Below, one piece after another: positions 1-8,382 of a DNA stretch of 64,000 nt. Source of the DNA: Deltaproteobacteria bacterium (lineage in GTDB: Bacteria > Bdellovibrionota > Bdellovibrionia > Bdellovibrionales > JAMPXM01); contig JAFLCB010000013.1 of NCBI GenBank assembly GCA_017302795.1, positions 2,036 through 66,035 of the forward strand, read 5' to 3'. How positions within the stretch are numbered: position 1 is the stretch's first letter; each line of letters starts with the position of its first letter. Below the pieces are notes generated by a model. That model worked only from the letters and a program-made list of their open reading frames with translations, was not told where the DNA came from and did no database searches. The position numbers and the translations under genes are program-made.

Positions 1-757
1 TTTGAAAAACGTGACCTGCCGACATCACCAAGGAAACTGTCCTACGCCCGGTCGTCGCCTTTGCGAGGACCTTAAGGAGTCTTGCGGCTGGAGCCGGAAG
101 CCCCATGTTTTCGATGGACATTCCAGTTTTACTTTCTTCAACTTCGCGCCGATTGAACCGGCTCCAACGGAAAACGTCCTGGAAAGCTGGTTTCGAGCGG
201 ATGACATAGCTTTCGCTTCGAAGAAGATACGCCAGAAACTTGGGACGCAAAATCAGCTTTCGCATCGGCAGAAAGTGGACGCGGCAATCATTGTTTTGGT
301 TATTGAGTGCCAGCAAAGCTTCGATCGTGGGTGATGCGATTGGTCGCCAAGAAAACGGAGTCCGCTGCGTTCGGCGTTGCAGGAGTTCTGCCGAGCTAAT
401 GGCGATTTTGTCTTCGGAACTTAGGGATGATGGCGTAATAGGAAAAAACGCAACTTTCATCCAAAACTCAGCCGACACGAGTTTCTCGAAGTCGGCTTCA
501 AGGATTTCGAAGGTGATTCCCAACTTTTCCTCTTGTGCCGCAACTTGTAGGTGTTCCAGTAGCATGCCAAGGGACAGCAGTGTCGAAGTATGTCGGTTGC
601 ATAGGACGTGTTTGGCCGCAGCTAGGTCGATACCAATAGAAACGCTTGGCTGGTTGGAGCTGAGCTCCACCTTGATCCGCCAAGGTTGACAGTTGTCGCC
701 AGTCGGCGTTCGCAACGCAACCGTGAGCATGCGATCGATTTGCTTTTGAGTGATCAT
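1..757 (-). CDS. Nitroreductase-family (Acg-like) protein, partial; C-terminus lies beyond the left edge. Not in the supplied ORF track.
   Basis: Manual reverse-complement translation from ATG at 757 gives 252 codons with no stop: MITQKQIDRMLTVALRTPTGDNCQPWRIKVELSS...FRWSRFNRREVEESKTGMSIENMGLPAPAARLLKVL... The 'P(T/S)xxNxQPW' N-terminal motif is typical of nitroreductases. The protein is clearly paralogous to the ORF at 10126-11238. The ATG overlaps the ThiF stop (ATGA). Confidence 0.7.
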   Translation of the reverse strand, partial: MITQKQIDRMLTVALRTPTGDNCQPWRIKVELSSNQPSVSIGIDLAAAKHVLCNRHTSTLLSLGMLLEHLQVAAQEEKLGITFEILEADFEKLVSAEFWMKVAFFPITPSSLSSEDKIAISSAELLQRRTQRTPFSWRPIASPTIEALLALNNQNNDCRVHFLPMRKLILRPKFLAYLLRSESYVIRSKPAFQDVFRWSRFNRREVEESKTGMSIENMGLPAPAARLLKVLAKATTGRRTVSLVMSAGHVFQ

Positions 758-1680
758 GATTTCCCCATCAGGTTGCGCCGAGCTCGTGCTCGCTTGAAGC
801 GTTGCCACGGACTGTTGCCGCCCATGGGAAGCCATTCCTTAGTGGCCGAATTTAAATATCCATCGATATGCCATGACCAAGGTGCTCGGACGACCTGTCC
901 ACGTCCAAGCAGGACCTTCAGCGCATAGGACCCTGCTAGCCCTGCACATAGGTAACAGGCCATTGGCGTCGAAGGCGCGCGACGTTCGCGAAAGTTTATT
1001 GAGTTTCGATCGACCAGGTATTGGGAATGTTTAAGTTTTGGAGATACTCCCAAAAGGAAGCGAAGCGCCAGTTCGTCCTCGCTAAGTTCGCTCTTAGGTA
1101 TTGAAAAATAACGAAGCGGCGCCATTGAAAATTCGTCAAAAAATACCACCGAAGCTCCCATGCCAAGTGGGGCAACAGTGATGAAGGGCACGCCCCGTTT
1201 ATGCAGTTCGTCAAACAGCAAAAAACGCGTGCGGAGGACGAAGAAATCGAGTCCGTCGACATAGAAATCAATCTGGTTTGTAAACGCCGCAAAATTTTCT
1301 GGGCTAACACCATCAGAAAATACAGTAATCTTGGCGCTTGGATTGATTGCCAAAATTCGTTCTCGTGCAACCTCGGTTTTAAGTCGACCAAGGTTTTCCA
1401 TCGTCGCTCCGGCTTGGCGATTGAAATTCTGCAACTCAAAACGATCAAAGTCGGCAATGTGAAAGTTCTCAACACCAAGCCGCGCCAGCAGTTCGCAATA
1501 GTGACCGCCAACACCCCCGAGGCCCGCGATCGCGACCCTCTTGTTTTTCAGGCGTTCAAGCTCGCCCGGAGTTACCCAACCGATCGTTCGCGAGAATGCG
1601 AGCGAATGTGAAAACTCCTGAGTTGTTGGTCGATCAACTTTCGATTTCAGCATATTGTCTTTCACGATGACGCCAAACAT
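754..1680 (-). CDS. ThiF/MoeB/HesA-family E1-like adenylyltransferase
   Basis: Rossmann motif 'VAIAGLGGVGGHYCELLARLGVENFHIADFDRFELQNFNRQ'. Start uncertain: ATG 1680, ATG 1653 or TTG 1692. Confidence 0.8.
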   Translation of the reverse strand: MFGVIVKDNMLKSKVDRPTTQEFSHSLAFSRTIGWVTPGELERLKNKRVAIAGLGGVGGHYCELLARLGVENFHIADFDRFELQNFNRQAGATMENLGRLKTEVARERILAINPSAKITVFSDGVSPENFAAFTNQIDFYVDGLDFFVLRTRFLLFDELHKRGVPFITVAPLGMGASVVFFDEFSMAPLRYFSIPKSELSEDELALRFLLGVSPKLKHSQYLVDRNSINFRERRAPSTPMACYLCAGLAGSYALKVLLGRGQVVRAPWSWHIDGYLNSATKEWLPMGGNSPWQRFKRARARRNLMGKS

Positions 1681-1734
1681 TCTAAATATCAAATTCAGAA
1701 TATAGGTGTTTTTTGACTCCGAATAATTATCGCT

Positions 1735-2727
1735 TCACGCTTTCAGCCATTCTGGTCGACTCAAATACCAGTTTACCGTCTTGGCGAGTGAGTGTTCGAA
1801 GTCTAGTGGAATATTCCACCCTAACTGTGCAAGCTTAGCTCCATCCAGAGCGTATCGCAGATCGTGCCCTGGTCGACTTGAATGAAAATCGACGAGCTCA
1901 CTGATTAACGGTCGCCCTAATATTTTTGATATTGATTGCGCCATTGCCAGATTGTCGACTTCTTTTTCGCCGACAATATTGTACTTTTCCGATGTCGCTG
2001 CGCGCGATTGAACGAGAAACAATACTGCTGCTGCGACATTGCGCGCATGAATCCAGTGCCTTGATCCGGGAGTCTTTCGGTCGGCATCGGCATGAATAAT
2101 AACCTTTTCACCTTGCAACACGCGGCGAATTACCAGTGGAATGAATTTCTCTGAATGCTGACGTTCGCCAAAGATGTTCATGCAGTGGGTGATGACGACA
2201 GGAAGTTTGTAAGTGTTCGCATATGCGAGACATAGTTCTTCACCGCCGGCTTTGGTTGCGGCGTAGGGGTTCCCAGAATTGTAACGATCCCATTCTTTAT
2301 AGTTCACTCCGACAGGAGCCGGACCAAACACTTCATCAGTCGAGAAGTAATAGAACGTTTTTAGTTTCGACATTTTTCGAGCTATCTCAAGCATCCGCAT
2401 GGTGCCGACAACATTAGCCATGACAAAGGGTTCGGCATTGTCAATGCTCCGGTCAACATGCGACTCAGCACCAAGATGAAAAATATGATCAATGCCACCA
2501 ATCTCTTTTGTCATGCCGTCACCCAGCGGTTGACTGAAGTCCGCCGCCAACATCAAGACCCTTTGACCGTCAAAGCATTTGATATCGCGTAGGCGATCAA
2601 GGCCTTGCGAAGCATAACTGAGCTTGTCCATCACGACGATTTCCCAATCGGTGTTTTTCAAGAAATGTTCGACGAAATGATGGCCGACGAATCCGCAGCC
2701 ACCTGTGATCAAAACGCGAGTTTTCAT
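1735..2727 (-). CDS. NAD-dependent NDP-sugar 4,6-dehydratase/epimerase (extended SDR, dTDP-glucose 4,6-dehydratase-like)
   Basis: 'VLITGGCGFVGHH' GxxGxxG motif and 'YAATK' YxxxK catalytic motif. GGGGA RBS lies 6 nt before the ATG at 2727. Confidence 0.85.
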   Translation of the reverse strand: MKTRVLITGGCGFVGHHFVEHFLKNTDWEIVVMDKLSYASQGLDRLRDIKCFDGQRVLMLAADFSQPLGDGMTKEIGGIDHIFHLGAESHVDRSIDNAEPFVMANVVGTMRMLEIARKMSKLKTFYYFSTDEVFGPAPVGVNYKEWDRYNSGNPYAATKAGGEELCLAYANTYKLPVVITHCMNIFGERQHSEKFIPLVIRRVLQGEKVIIHADADRKTPGSRHWIHARNVAAAVLFLVQSRAATSEKYNIVGEKEVDNLAMAQSISKILGRPLISELVDFHSSRPGHDLRYALDGAKLAQLGWNIPLDFEHSLAKTVNWYLSRPEWLKA

Positions 2728-2746
2728 ATTGTTCCCCATTAAGTGT

Positions 2747-3976
2747 TTAAACGGCCTCTGTGATTAAGTTCTGACGTGCGCTGAAAACTTCAACGACCAG
2801 CCTTGCAAAGCGACTCTGTGGTGAGTACGACGAGGCGATGTTTTTCATCTCTTGCGCCCGACTGCGGTACTCACTATGGTCGAGCACTTCGTGGAGAGTG
2901 CGTCGCAGGAGCTGCGGTGTAACTTGATCGGCTCGAAGTAAAACTCCGAACCCCGATTTTTCTACAAAGTTCATTGCTAGGTACTGATCAAGATTTTCCG
3001 CAATTCCGATCAGTGGGCATCCAGCCATAATTGCCTGGTTAATGCTCCCGGAACCGCCGTTGCAAATCATAAGCTCTGCTACGGCGAGGGCGCGATCTGC
3101 TGGAATAAAGTCGGCTATGAATGCGTTGGCCAACGGTTTGGCAATTCGATCTTTGTCTGAGGTCGCGACGAGGAGCTGCAGGTTTTCTTCGCCCATAGCC
3201 GAAAGCAGTTTTGGCAAAAGGCCCGTTCGGCCTGAGGAACCAAGGGACACAAACACAGCCCGTAGTTGAGGGTCAATTTGGTGCCACCAATCGGGCAATT
3301 TGGTTTGCGTGGACCAGGTCAGTGGCCCTAAGTAGCGATGATTCGATGGTCGATCAAAAGTCGGAACGACATCAGGCAGGTCGGGATACAGGACGAAATC
3401 ACCGTGGCAATAGAATTCGCGGTAGTCGATCACTGGCTCTAGGCCGTAGTGTTTGAGAAATAGGTTGAAGGGCGCAGCGAAGGAACTAAACACGCTCGGC
3501 CGGAACCAATTAAAGAGTGTCTGGCCCAAGACCGGTCCAAGAACTGAGAGCACCGGATGCGAGGGCACAGTCCATAACGGATGGGCATAAGGGCTCCAAT
3601 GCGCGTTGACGATATTGATCGTCGGCAGCTTCCTCAGTTTTCCGCTGACGGCAAGTGAGAGGCGGAAGTCACCGACGATCAGATCAGGTTCGAACTCATC
3701 GATTTGACGTAAGTCTTCTTCGACATAACCAATCAGTGTTTTCAAATCATATGGGTTTCGTCCGGCTTTGAGGCTTTTTAAAAAATGTTTTGGGGCAATG
3801 CTGGCAAGTGAGCCCTTGGTGAAGGGAAGTGAGCCAAGCAGATGATCAAACCCGGGAGCGCTGAGCAGTTTGATGTCATAGAAATTCGGGTTAAGCGAAG
3901 CCGCTAAGGCGCTGAGGCGCCCAACATGAGCGAGGGTCACGGCTTCGGCCATGAAGAGAATTTTTTTTCGCATCAC
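2747..3976 (-). CDS. GT1-family UDP-glycosyltransferase (MGT/UGT-like)
   Basis: C-terminal donor-binding region 'ELMICNGGSGSINQAIMAGCPLIGIAENLDQYLAMNFVEKSGFGVLL'. About 409 aa, typical of MGT-type glycosyltransferases. Confidence 0.8.
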   Translation of the reverse strand: MMRKKILFMAEAVTLAHVGRLSALAASLNPNFYDIKLLSAPGFDHLLGSLPFTKGSLASIAPKHFLKSLKAGRNPYDLKTLIGYVEEDLRQIDEFEPDLIVGDFRLSLAVSGKLRKLPTINIVNAHWSPYAHPLWTVPSHPVLSVLGPVLGQTLFNWFRPSVFSSFAAPFNLFLKHYGLEPVIDYREFYCHGDFVLYPDLPDVVPTFDRPSNHRYLGPLTWSTQTKLPDWWHQIDPQLRAVFVSLGSSGRTGLLPKLLSAMGEENLQLLVATSDKDRIAKPLANAFIADFIPADRALAVAELMICNGGSGSINQAIMAGCPLIGIAENLDQYLAMNFVEKSGFGVLLRADQVTPQLLRRTLHEVLDHSEYRSRAQEMKNIASSYSPQSRFARLVVEVFSARQNLITEAV

Positions 3977-4028
3977 GATATCCTTCCTTGGACGTGGTGA
4001 AATGTTCGATGATTTGTCTGATCGCTTT

Positions 4029-4874
4029 TTAGGGTTCTAAATCACTCCGTGTTGGTGGTTGCATCGGAGCGCGATGTAAAAGTGTGGTTCTGGGTTTCTT
4101 TTTAATAAGGCAAAATTCACTTGGGCTGGTCCGCATATATTCGCGAAACTGACGATTGAAGCGGCTCAAGTGAGAGTAGCCAGAGTTAAAAGCGGCGGCG
4201 GTGACCGTTTCGCCGCTGCTCATAAGTTTCAATGAATAGAACAGACGAAGTCGATTGCGATAGGCAACGGGAGAAATTCCATAGCAGGCCTTAAAAGCAC
4301 GTCCCATAGCAACGCGCGAGACGCCAAGCTGTTGCGCTAGTCCCGCAATCAGAAGTTCGTTTCGATAGCCAGCATCGATGAACGCTTTGACTTTGGCAGC
4401 GAGAAGCGAGGGTTTCTCGATTTTTTCAATGACGCGGTAGTCGAGTGATTTCCATTTTTCAAGAAACGAAAAAATCTCTTCTAATGTCGAAGGAAGTTCA
4501 ATCGAGGGCCAGTCCCAGCAGATAGCCTCTTTCGGTGCTGTGGAAGGAAGTTCTCGCTCGGAGGCGAAGGCCGCCCATTGAATCTGAGTGGGATTGAGAT
4601 TCCATTCGATCAAGCTATAAGGTGGAATAAAAAAGGCCGTCGGACCCGTGAATTCAATTTTTTCGCCTTTTCGATTTAGCGCGACTTTTCCAGGGGGGCA
4701 AATGCCGATTCCCAAGAACCAGGTCGCGCCAAAAACATCGATATTGATATTCGGTCGGCGCACGGTTTGATTGCGCTCCCAAAACGTCAGATCTTTTGAC
4801 AGTAAAAAAACGCGCTGCTCATAGACATCTGATTTGATGTCGTACACAGACGGCGATTTTAGTTTTTTTGTCAT
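4029..4874 (-). CDS. AraC-family transcriptional regulator (paralog 1)
   Basis: C-terminal double HTH 'LAQQLGVSRVAMGRAFKACYGISPVAYRNRLRLFYSLKLM...GYSHLSRFNRQFREYMRTSPSEF'. Confidence 0.85.
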   Translation of the reverse strand: MTKKLKSPSVYDIKSDVYEQRVFLLSKDLTFWERNQTVRRPNINIDVFGATWFLGIGICPPGKVALNRKGEKIEFTGPTAFFIPPYSLIEWNLNPTQIQWAAFASERELPSTAPKEAICWDWPSIELPSTLEEIFSFLEKWKSLDYRVIEKIEKPSLLAAKVKAFIDAGYRNELLIAGLAQQLGVSRVAMGRAFKACYGISPVAYRNRLRLFYSLKLMSSGETVTAAAFNSGYSHLSRFNRQFREYMRTSPSEFCLIKKKPRTTLLHRAPMQPPTRSDLEP

Positions 4875-4978
4875 GGGTTAAAGTCTGTCATTGGTGAAAA
4901 AAGTGACTACGCGTTTTGCAACTTGTTAGGCAATAAATAAATATTCCCGACGTTGGTGCTGCGCACCGCTTCTGACGT

Positions 4979-5797
4979 CTAGCACTGCGGTTGAACGACG
5001 CGGCCAGTCCGTCCCACCTTATATTCACTCGGGGTTGTACCGAGAAGTTCCTTGAAGTGACCAATAAACTGGCCGGGGTTGGAAAATCCGGAGTCGTACA
5101 CAGCATCGGTAATATCATATCCAAGGCCCATTAGACGAATCGCTTCAAACAGACGAAGTCGAGTGCGGTAGTCAATCATCGATATTCCATAGGTTCGTTT
5201 GAATTCGCGCGACAAGATCGAGCGATCCAGCTGCAACTCATCTCCTATATCCTGAATTTTACAATCCTCTTTAAACCGGGTATCGATTAGTTTTTTTATC
5301 AACGCACCACTGGTGTTTGATGGGTTTGTCACCTCGGGAAATCGTTCCATGACGATCTCGGTGGTGTTTTTCTGCTCAAGAGCAACCGCCAAGACGGCTT
5401 CGCGAGTGGCGGGTTGGCATCGATTCCAGCTAAAAAAATGCGGTCGCGCAAGAGGACGAGGCAGCGGTTCATTGCCGGTGAAACAGGTCCAGCGCAGGAG
5501 TCCCGGAGCAATGGTCCATTCGACAAGTGAAAAGGAGGGAAGTAGGACGCCAATGGGGCCTTCAAGCGGGATCTTTCTATTTCCTGAACGTACCTTCAGC
5601 TGACCTCGAGCCGGATCAACCAAGCCCAAGTTCCACTGCGAGGCAAAGGCGTCAATCAGTGTGCGTGCGACAGGGAAAATATGCGTGCGCTCCATACGGA
5701 TGATATCGCGTGTGAGAAAGCGAATTTGCGACAGATATGTTTTGGTTAAGACCTCGAACTCTGTGCCGGGAGCAACGCCTTGGTGCGAAATCGCCAT
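4979..5797 (-). CDS. AraC-family transcriptional regulator (paralog 2)
   Basis: 'IGDELQLDRSILSREFKRTYGISMIDYRTRLRLFEAIRLM...GFSNPGQFIGHFKELLGTTPSEY'. The N-terminal domain aligns with the other three AraC paralogs. Confidence 0.85.
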   Translation of the reverse strand: MAISHQGVAPGTEFEVLTKTYLSQIRFLTRDIIRMERTHIFPVARTLIDAFASQWNLGLVDPARGQLKVRSGNRKIPLEGPIGVLLPSFSLVEWTIAPGLLRWTCFTGNEPLPRPLARPHFFSWNRCQPATREAVLAVALEQKNTTEIVMERFPEVTNPSNTSGALIKKLIDTRFKEDCKIQDIGDELQLDRSILSREFKRTYGISMIDYRTRLRLFEAIRLMGLGYDITDAVYDSGFSNPGQFIGHFKELLGTTPSEYKVGRTGRVVQPQC

Positions 5798-5888
5798 GCT
5801 AAAAATTGATCATCATCGAGGAGCCACACGCAAGACCCATCACAAAACCGGAAGTATTGACGCGCAGCCCAGGTCTAATCTTTCTGCA

Positions 5889-6698
5889 ATGGAAAAGTAT
5901 TGGACAAAGGCGACTGATCGATTTCATTACGCACTCTTCAGTCTTGTCGAAAATGAGATCGACCTCAGTTCCACGGTTACCATGGTGAATTTGGTTGATG
6001 CGACAAACATCGACGAAGCTCGTCGGAGCAAAGGACAAGATGCGCCAACCTACACGGCCATTCTTGCGCTGCTATTAGCGAAGACCTTGATCGAAATGCC
6101 GCAATTAAATGTACGGTGGTACCGCCCATTTGGATTCTTGCCACGGCGGTTACAATACTTCACTGGCGCCGATATCGGCATTGCTTCGGAAGTGAAGGAC
6201 CCCAATCTTCATCATGTGGCCTATGTGGCGGTCATGCCAGATGTCGAGAAAATGTCCCTCTCTGAAATCTCTGCCTGGCTTAAGCGTTACCGCAACACTG
6301 AATCCGTACCACAGTGGCAAGCGTTCAGTGGACTTGTGCGGCGGGTACCACCGCTGTTGGCCCGCGTGATTATGCGACTGCCAGTTTACTTTCCTTCGAT
6401 GTGGAGTCGATATCGGGGGGGCGCGGCGCTGATCAGTTCACCCGCAAAGTACGGAGTTGATCAAATTGCAGCGGCTTGGTCATCACCAATTGGAGTTTCG
6501 TTTGGTTTTGTTAAGGCACGTCCAATTGTGAAAAATGGTGTGGCAACAGCGTGTCCGTCTTTTTACCTGACGCTCAACTTTGATCGCCGAATTTTATCGG
6601 GCGCCGATGGTGCACGATTTCTGAAGCGCCTAACCGAGCACCTCGAGAGCTTTGGTCATGAGTCCGATCGTGGTCTGATCGCCCGCGAAGCCTTGTAG
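5889..6698 (+). CDS. Stand-alone 2-oxoacid dehydrogenase E2-type acyltransferase catalytic-domain protein (no lipoyl or PSBD domain; His-less motif)
   Basis: C-terminal 'YLTLNFDRRILSGADGARFLKRL' aligns to the E2 signature 'DHRxxDGxxxAxFL', with R in place of the catalytic H. Start taken at ATG 5889 (MEKYWTK); the listed 5661 start overlaps the divergent AraC gene. Confidence 0.65.
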   Translation: MEKYWTKATDRFHYALFSLVENEIDLSSTVTMVNLVDATNIDEARRSKGQDAPTYTAILALLLAKTLIEMPQLNVRWYRPFGFLPRRLQYFTGADIGIASEVKDPNLHHVAYVAVMPDVEKMSLSEISAWLKRYRNTESVPQWQAFSGLVRRVPPLLARVIMRLPVYFPSMWSRYRGGAALISSPAKYGVDQIAAAWSSPIGVSFGFVKARPIVKNGVATACPSFYLTLNFDRRILSGADGARFLKRLTEHLESFGHESDRGLIAREAL

Positions 6699-7444
6699 TG
6701 ACTTGGATTGACGCCCAACTGAGAACGAAACTGCTCGATGAATCGACCTTGAGTGGAAAAGCCCACTTCGAGAAGGGCTGTAGTGAGATTTTCGCCAAGA
6801 TAGATTCGTCTTACGGCTTCCATGATGCGAAGCTTGTTGCGATAGGCAACGGGCGAAAGCCCGTACACCGCGTTAAACTCGCGGCTCATGACCCCCCAGG
6901 AAATGCGCAGTGCCGCGCCGACAGATTGAATTTTTAGATCCTCTTTGAAATTTCCATCAATGTAGGCTTTTGTCCGCATCGCTGTCGAGGATGAGTATCG
7001 TTCAGACTGAAAAGTGACCGGGTTTTCGGCCCTGGCCAGGCAATCGGCAACCTCTTTCGTCGTCCTCGGAGTCTTGCCGGGTGAGTTAAAAATCATTGGG
7101 ACTCGGGGAGCATCATTTGGTAGGGGCTTTGGTGAACACATGGCGCTCCAATGAATTGTTCCTGGCGCCAGGTTCCATTCGATCAGCGTGAATGCTGGAA
7201 GAAAAATCGCGATCGGGCCGTTGAACTTTTCCGAAAAATCGATCAACCCAGAACCAGTCCGAATCCGCAGCTGTCCTGGCGCCAAGTCAGCAAATGCCAG
7301 GAACCAAGTCGCAAAAACATCTATCGTGCTGGTTGGCACGGGAAAGGTTTGCTGGCGCTCCATCAAGCAAAGATCTTCCGCCACACATTTTACCGTCGAT
7401 TGAATGGTGCGAGTCTCGATTTGGAGCAGAGTACCGGGCTTCAT
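6656..7444 (-). CDS. AraC-family transcriptional regulator (paralog 3)
   Basis: 'VGAALRISWGVMSREFNAVYGLSPVAYRNKLRIMEAVRRI...GFSTQGRFIEQFRSQLGVNPSHY'. Confidence 0.85.
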   Translation of the reverse strand: MKPGTLLQIETRTIQSTVKCVAEDLCLMERQQTFPVPTSTIDVFATWFLAFADLAPGQLRIRTGSGLIDFSEKFNGPIAIFLPAFTLIEWNLAPGTIHWSAMCSPKPLPNDAPRVPMIFNSPGKTPRTTKEVADCLARAENPVTFQSERYSSSTAMRTKAYIDGNFKEDLKIQSVGAALRISWGVMSREFNAVYGLSPVAYRNKLRIMEAVRRIYLGENLTTALLEVGFSTQGRFIEQFRSQLGVNPSHYKASRAIRPRSDS

Positions 7445-7527
7445 TGCTTAACATAAGAAATCTCGCCGTAAGAAATGTCAAAAAATGGAAATCTTTGACG
7501 CTGAAGGTTGGGAGATGATGGCTCGCG

Positions 7528-8382
7528 ATGGCAGTATACAAAAAAATTCCAACTGGATTTGCCGAGGCGACTTCCTGGGCTATGGCCAACGGACTTCAGC
7601 CTGCGCATATGGTCGCCATGACGACGATGGCGGACGCGACGGCCATCAGCGGTTTGCGCGAACGCGCGAAGGCCCAAGGCCATATTGCGCCGTCATATAC
7701 TGCTTTAGCGGTGAAAGCTGCGGCCATTGTGATGCAGAATAATCCTTGGGCGAATCGCGCGATACTGGGTCCGCCATTTTTTCGAAAGCTGTATCAATTC
7801 TCTGAAATTGATATATCGGTCGCGGTTGAAAAGGATTTACCGGGCTTGCCGGGACAGCCATACGCCGCAACGATTAGAAGGACAGCGCATAAATCATTGA
7901 GCGAGATCACAAATGAATTGCGAGCCTTTGCCACGGCCGACGTGAAGACCGACTCTAGACTTCGCTTGTTCATGCGGGTATTGCGGTATGTGCCACCGCC
8001 CTTTAGTACATGGATGATTCAAGCGCCGTATTTAGGTCCTCGATTGTGGTCCATGCATCGGGGTTGCGCCTGTTGGGTTAACGCGCCCTCGAAGGCAGGG
8101 GCTGATTTGGTAATCGCCACTTGGCCTTGGCCGATCTCATTTTCATTTGGTTTAGTGAAAGAGCGCCCTTGGGTTTGTGATGGCAAAGTTGAGACGCGGT
8201 TGACGATTCCGTTGTTGATGTCATTTGATCGCCGAATTCAGGGCGGCGGGCCGGCTAGTCGGCTTTTTGCGGAATTCACACAAATCATCGAACAGGCAAA
8301 GTTGAGCGATGTAGATCGGTTAGAGGAAAAAGTCCCAGCTGTAGTCGATAGACCTCAGTCCGACGCGCGCCTTTTCGGTTGA
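7528..8382 (+). CDS. Stand-alone E2-type acyltransferase catalytic-domain protein, paralog of 5889-6698 (His-less motif)
   Basis: 'IPLLMSFDRRIQGGGPASRLFAEF' again has DRR instead of DHR. Same length and architecture as 5889-6698, and divergent from an AraC gene in the same way. Confidence 0.65.
   Translation: MAVYKKIPTGFAEATSWAMANGLQPAHMVAMTTMADATAISGLRERAKAQGHIAPSYTALAVKAAAIVMQNNPWANRAILGPPFFRKLYQFSEIDISVAVEKDLPGLPGQPYAATIRRTAHKSLSEITNELRAFATADVKTDSRLRLFMRVLRYVPPPFSTWMIQAPYLGPRLWSMHRGCACWVNAPSKAGADLVIATWPWPISFSFGLVKERPWVCDGKVETRLTIPLLMSFDRRIQGGGPASRLFAEFTQIIEQAKLSDVDRLEEKVPAVVDRPQSDARLFG

Noticed and set aside
2-689. Plus-strand ORFs 2-334 and 240-689 at the left edge.
   Set aside because: They are antisense to the uninterrupted minus-strand nitroreductase-like frame (1-757), which has a clear family motif and a paralog in the window. 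The plus-strand peptides are Cys/Arg-rich and not protein-like.
5661-5888. An N-terminal extension of 76 codons on the first E2-like ORF.
   Set aside because: It overlaps the divergent AraC coding region by about 137 nt and has no counterpart in the paralog at 7528. ATG 5889 gives matching architectures.
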